Program-made: the position numbers and the translations under genes
The notes under the pieces: model-generated
Database searches by the model: none
What the model saw: only the letters and a program-made list of their open reading frames with translations
What the model was told of the DNA's origin: nothing
NCBI GenBank assembly: GCA_963625145.1
Contig: CAVFSQ010000002.1
Span: forward strand, 1 to 26,874
DNA: 26,874 bases
Direction: 5' to 3'
From: Bacteroidaceae bacterium
GTDB lineage: Bacteria; Bacteroidota; Bacteroidia; Bacteroidales; Bacteroidaceae
In this document: in pieces, positions 22,856 to 26,874 of the stretch
Layout of the letters: every line of letters begins with the position of its first letter
Numbering within the stretch: position 1 is the stretch's first letter

Positions 22856-25800
22856 TTATTTGAGTTTGTAACTGTAGTTCTGGATTTCAACAGGTCCGAT
22901 AAGTCCCGATTCCTGTAGCTCGGAATTCTTGTCGAGATAGGTGAATGTATGGAAAGTGAACCGCTCGCTTTCGGGCATGTTCTTTTCGCCGATGAGTCGG
23001 TTGCGCCAGTTGTTTACAACGTCGACTTCGATGTTGTTCACACCTTTTTTCAGGTATTTCGTGATGTTGAGGCGGTAGGGGGCAGTCCATACTCCTCCAA
23101 CTTCCTGGCCGTTGATTTTGACTTTAGCCATAACCATCACTTTGCCGAGGTCGATGTAGGTTTCGCCTTCGGGCAGTTTCGAAATCTTGAAACTGTTGGT
23201 GTAGATTGCATGTCCCGAGAAATACTTGATTTTGTTGTCGGAGTTCTTCGACCAGTCGCTGAGTGTGTTGAAAGTCACGCGGTTTTCCGGGCCGCCTTTG
23301 CCTATTTCGAACTGCACTGTCCACGGAGTGGAAATTGCAGCCAATACCTTTTTCTCAGGATAGTTAACTGCATCGGCGCAAACAGAATCCTTGTTGTTGC
23401 GGAACACAACGAAGGCACTTTCGTAAGGCTGAAATTCCATTGGGACTTCAATCGTTTTTGTCAGTTTGCTGAATTGCGGCAGGGCTCGCACTTCGGCGGT
23501 CTGCGGATTCCAAAGTTCGGGAGTCTTGCCTGTAGTACGGAACGAGCCGTTGAAACTTATGGCTTTGTCGCTTTGGTTTGCCACGAAATAAATTTCTGCG
23601 TCTGGAAGGGTGCGGTGCAGGAAAGTGAGTGGCAGCACTGGGTCGTTGCTCTTGAAATCGGGCACTATGCCAAGGTCGGCCATTACTTCTTCGATAGAGG
23701 CTTTCGGGTAGACTTTGCCCTTGCCGTACTGCACCACGCGGTTGAAGTACTTGTCACCGCCCCACATCTCGTCGGCTATTTCGGCTACCTGCTTGTCGGC
23801 ATTGGGATAGTTCTGAAGGCTCGGCGAGCGCTCGGGCTTCGGACCGATTACCGTGAGGCCGTCCTTTACTAGTTGCTGAAGTTTTGCGAGGAATTCCGGG
23901 CGCATGGTGTTTTGGGGCGGAAGAACGAGCACACTGTAGTGCATGCCTCCGTCGATAGCAAGTTTGCCGTCTTCCACGCGGCCGCTTTTCTCGATAACTT
24001 CGGCATTGATATAGTCGTAGGAATATCCTTGCGGGATTTCGGGGTTTCTGATTCCGGTCATCTTGGGCGCGTCTTCGCCTATGTAATATGCCACGTCGGC
24101 CACGTAGTAGCCTTGTTGCAGCATATAGTTGCAGCGTTTGATGTACTTGTTGAAGACGTCGAGTTGCGAGAACCATGTGTTGAGACGATTGAATTCGTTG
24201 CCGAACGGTGCGTTTATGCCCGGTGCGCGGTCGTCGGGCTGCTGAATGTAGAGGTGGTAGAGCGTGTTGTTGATGCCTTCGGCAAAGAATTTGTCACCGC
24301 GCAGTTTCATCTCTCCCGGGTATCGCGAAAAGTCCGGGCCACCACATGTGAACGACTCGGCCCATACGCGGCGTTTGCCGTAGATGTGCCCGCACGACGA
24401 TGCTATGCGGTTTTCGATGTCGCCGAGATCGCCGGCGCTCCAGAATTCTCCGGCAATTTCGTCGCTTTGTCCGCCGTATTGCAGGAATTCTCCGGGGAAG
24501 CCCCAGTGGCCATAGTTTTCGAGCCATGTGGTAAGCCCGTGCTCGTTGCTGACTTTCTTGAGCCCGCCAACGTATTCGTAGCTAACCATGTCGGCTATGA
24601 GACGGCGCACATCCCACAGGAAACGGTCGCTTTGGTCTTGCGAATTGACTACATACCCGTAGAATACTGGGAGGAAAGGAACTGGGTCGTAGCCGTAGCG
24701 TTTCTTGAATTCCGGAATCATCTCGTCGGTCCAGTTCTGTCCGCCGGTTTCGTAGCTGTCTTCAACGACAATCTTGAAAGTCTTGCGGTCTTGTGCCGGT
24801 ATGCGGCGCATTATTTCGCCCAGGAAGGCGTCGAAATGCGCTTCCACGTGCTTCGAACTCATCTTGTCGGTTTCATATCCAGTTGCTTCGGGAGATGCCG
24901 GGGCGTTTGTAGTACCTGTTGGAACCATTGCAGTTCGTATGATAGTCCATTTGCCTTTCGGTGCGTTCCAGGTTAGAATGCCGTCGTGGAAATCCGACGT
25001 AACGTCAACAACCTGCGACGTGTTCATTACTAGCTGCTTGTCGCTGCATTCCGTTGAAGCATTCCACATATAGTCATACCAGAAAGGGTGGGGCGTCTGC
25101 CACATTTTCTGGAATGTTTTCTCGGGATAACTGTCGACAATGGGATTCTCGGAAAGCGTGATGTTTTCGAATTTGTCTTCATCACCGGCAAATACCAGGC
25201 GGAAATCGGTTGACGTGGTTTCGGGAATAGATGCGGCAATAGGAGCGTAGGGCACGAAGCCTACGTTGAGTTCTGCATTGCGGCGGTCGAGCGTTATGTT
25301 GCGCAGGTGCTTGTAGGTACCGTCGATTTTGGCGTACACGCCTACGCTGTTCAAAAACATCAGCTTCTTGCAGTCAAATGTAATGCTTCTTACTGTAGCC
25401 GGTTTGTCGCTGTGGAAATCGAGTGTCTTTGCGCTGCCTATTTCCTGCTGTGCCTTGAATGCTATGGGCTTGGAAAGGTCGGGGATAGCGAGTATCTTTA
25501 CGTCTTGCGCTTCTTTTCCGACTTCGGGAAGGCGAAGGCTGACTGTCTTGCCGTTGCCAGTTATGCAAGTGTCGGCATGGGCGAGATATCTCATGGCCTG
25601 GTTGGGCTTTACCCACGGTCCGCCGCTTTGGCTCCAGCCGGGGCAATTGAATATGCCGACTTCTATGCCGAGGTCGCCTGCTGTTTTGAGCGCAGTGTGC
25701 AGCACTTTCCACCATTCGGGAGAGAATACCTTTACCTTGCCGTAGGGCACTTCCTGCCCGCCGATGTTGCCTATCTGCACGCGGTTTATCCCTACGCGCT

Positions 25801-26014
25801 TCATGGCCTGAAGGTCTTTTACTACGCCTTCCTTTGAAATGTTGTCCGACATCCAGTACCAATATACCGCAATTTTCTGCGAGTCGGGGATTGCCCGGAA
25901 AGTGCTTTCCATCGCGTCTATCGTGGCTTGCTTGAACTGCGCACTTGCGTCGGGAACTGAGGCCAGTGATGCGCCTGCAATGGCAGCGGCTGTTATTATA
26001 TTGTGAAGTTTCAT
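22856..26014 (-). CDS. Glycoside hydrolase family 106 (alpha-L-rhamnosidase-like)
   Basis: 1052 aa; signal peptide; VYWYWMSDNISKEG, PGWSQSGGPWV, EDSYETGGQNWT, AESFT, PELWNP, and C-terminal WRNRLIG..SGLIGPV typical of GH106. Confidence 0.85.
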   Translation of the reverse strand: MKLHNIITAAAIAGASLASVPDASAQFKQATIDAMESTFRAIPDSQKIAVYWYWMSDNISKEGVVKDLQAMKRVGINRVQIGNIGGQEVPYGKVKVFSPEWWKVLHTALKTAGDLGIEVGIFNCPGWSQSGGPWVKPNQAMRYLAHADTCITGNGKTVSLRLPEVGKEAQDVKILAIPDLSKPIAFKAQQEIGSAKTLDFHSDKPATVRSITFDCKKLMFLNSVGVYAKIDGTYKHLRNITLDRRNAELNVGFVPYAPIAASIPETTSTDFRLVFAGDEDKFENITLSENPIVDSYPEKTFQKMWQTPHPFWYDYMWNASTECSDKQLVMNTSQVVDVTSDFHDGILTWNAPKGKWTIIRTAMVPTGTTNAPASPEATGYETDKMSSKHVEAHFDAFLGEIMRRIPAQDRKTFKIVVEDSYETGGQNWTDEMIPEFKKRYGYDPVPFLPVFYGYVVNSQDQSDRFLWDVRRLIADMVSYEYVGGLKKVSNEHGLTTWLENYGHWGFPGEFLQYGGQSDEIAGEFWSAGDLGDIENRIASSCGHIYGKRRVWAESFTCGGPDFSRYPGEMKLRGDKFFAEGINNTLYHLYIQQPDDRAPGINAPFGNEFNRLNTWFSQLDVFNKYIKRCNYMLQQGYYVADVAYYIGEDAPKMTGIRNPEIPQGYSYDYINAEVIEKSGRVEDGKLAIDGGMHYSVLVLPPQNTMRPEFLAKLQQLVKDGLTVIGPKPERSPSLQNYPNADKQVAEIADEMWGGDKYFNRVVQYGKGKVYPKASIEEVMADLGIVPDFKSNDPVLPLTFLHRTLPDAEIYFVANQSDKAISFNGSFRTTGKTPELWNPQTAEVRALPQFSKLTKTIEVPMEFQPYESAFVVFRNNKDSVCADAVNYPEKKVLAAISTPWTVQFEIGKGGPENRVTFNTLSDWSKNSDNKIKYFSGHAIYTNSFKISKLPEGETYIDLGKVMVMAKVKINGQEVGGVWTAPYRLNITKYLKKGVNNIEVDVVNNWRNRLIGEKNMPESERFTFHTFTYLDKNSELQESGLIGPVEIQNYSYKLK

Positions 26015-26028
26015 GATTTGTCTTGTGT

Positions 26029-26874
26029 TTATTTATTGTCGCTTGCTACTATTTCCACGCCGTCGGGAGCCTGTACGTCGCTCACTACTTTGCCGTCATC
26101 GCCTATGCGGTGTGAAATCTTTATTACGCCGTATGGTGTGGGAAATGTGCCCTTGGCCCATTTCAGCTTGCCGAGATGCGGCTCTATTGCCACTTTCTTG
26201 CAGCCGGGTTCAAGCACTTTTACTCCCAATACGTGCGCACTGAGCCATGTGGTAGGACCAGATGCCCATCCGTGGCAGAACGAATGGCGGAAGCCTTTGT
26301 AGCAGTAGTTGCCGTAGGACTTGTGTATGTCTACTTTGCCTTCGGGAACGAGTTCGTCGATGCGTGCGGCGTTCTTGGTCCAGTCAAGGTTGAAATCCTC
26401 CCAGAACGTAGTGGCTCCGAGGTCAAGCATTGCGCCCCAGTATTCGCTCATTATGTCCATTGCTTCGGTGTAGTTGCCCGAAAGGGCGAGCGCTTCAAGC
26501 ATATAGTATCCGTAGAATGTTGAGAAATTTTTGGCTCCGTCTACCAGTATGGTTTTCTTTGCAGCCTTTTCGGGAGCTATCATTCCTGCTATGGCGTTGA
26601 GCGATGCAGCCTGCTTTGAGTTGTTGAAATCGCGGCGGCATTTCTTCATTTTTGCTGCAAGGTCGGAGCATTGTTTTGCAAAGGCGTCGTTGCCCCAAAG
26701 GGTTTCAAGTTTGGCTCCCGTGTCGAAGGCTATGGCCATGAGTGCCTGAAGTCCGGCGTCAATGCCTTTTGGGTTTTCCGAAGAAGGCCAGTCGAGGAAT
26801 CTTGCATTGAGTTTCTCATAGCCTTTCTCGTCAACATATTTCATGAGTTCGCCCAGGAGCTGGGTGGTGTATTC
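26029..26874 (-). CDS. Glycoside hydrolase family 78 alpha-L-rhamnosidase, C-terminal part (partial; start lies beyond the right edge)
   Basis: FLDW, WGAMLDLGATTFWE, SFCHGWASGP, IEPHLGKLKWAKGTFPTPYG. The frame is open from 26874 (EYTTQLLGELM...), so the track's ATG at 26844 is internal. Confidence 0.87.
   Translation of the reverse strand, partial: EYTTQLLGELMKYVDEKGYEKLNARFLDWPSSENPKGIDAGLQALMAIAFDTGAKLETLWGNDAFAKQCSDLAAKMKKCRRDFNNSKQAASLNAIAGMIAPEKAAKKTILVDGAKNFSTFYGYYMLEALALSGNYTEAMDIMSEYWGAMLDLGATTFWEDFNLDWTKNAARIDELVPEGKVDIHKSYGNYCYKGFRHSFCHGWASGPTTWLSAHVLGVKVLEPGCKKVAIEPHLGKLKWAKGTFPTPYGVIKISHRIGDDGKVVSDVQAPDGVEIVASDNK

Overview
A Bacteroidales chromosomal segment, probably Prevotellaceae-like. 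The evidence is TAnnTTTG -7 promoter boxes, A-rich starts without Shine-Dalgarno sites, and the gene families present. Left to right: a partial DUF1080-plus-HxH-domain lipoprotein, a MalY/PatB C-S lyase, and a two-gene threonine unit (apgM-like 'proposed homoserine kinase' plus thrC). That unit is headed by a 29-codon Thr-rich leader peptide absent from the ORF track, and has no thrA and no canonical attenuator terminator. Next come thioredoxin, a small lipoprotein, an uncharacterised secreted glycosidase-like protein, DUF3822-rsmD-dnaE, the convergent mreBCD-mrdA-rodA operon headed by a stand-alone N-terminal half of PurH, an acyl-CoA thioesterase, and the 3' end of a rhamnosidase-type glycan locus (GH78, GH106, unknown secreted protein). 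Non-coding structure includes two related 22-bp-period TGCGCA-anchored tandem arrays, several terminator-like hairpins and a structured ~360-nt intergenic region. No mobile element, CRISPR array, rRNA or tRNA was seen. All family assignments come from motif recognition, not database searches.
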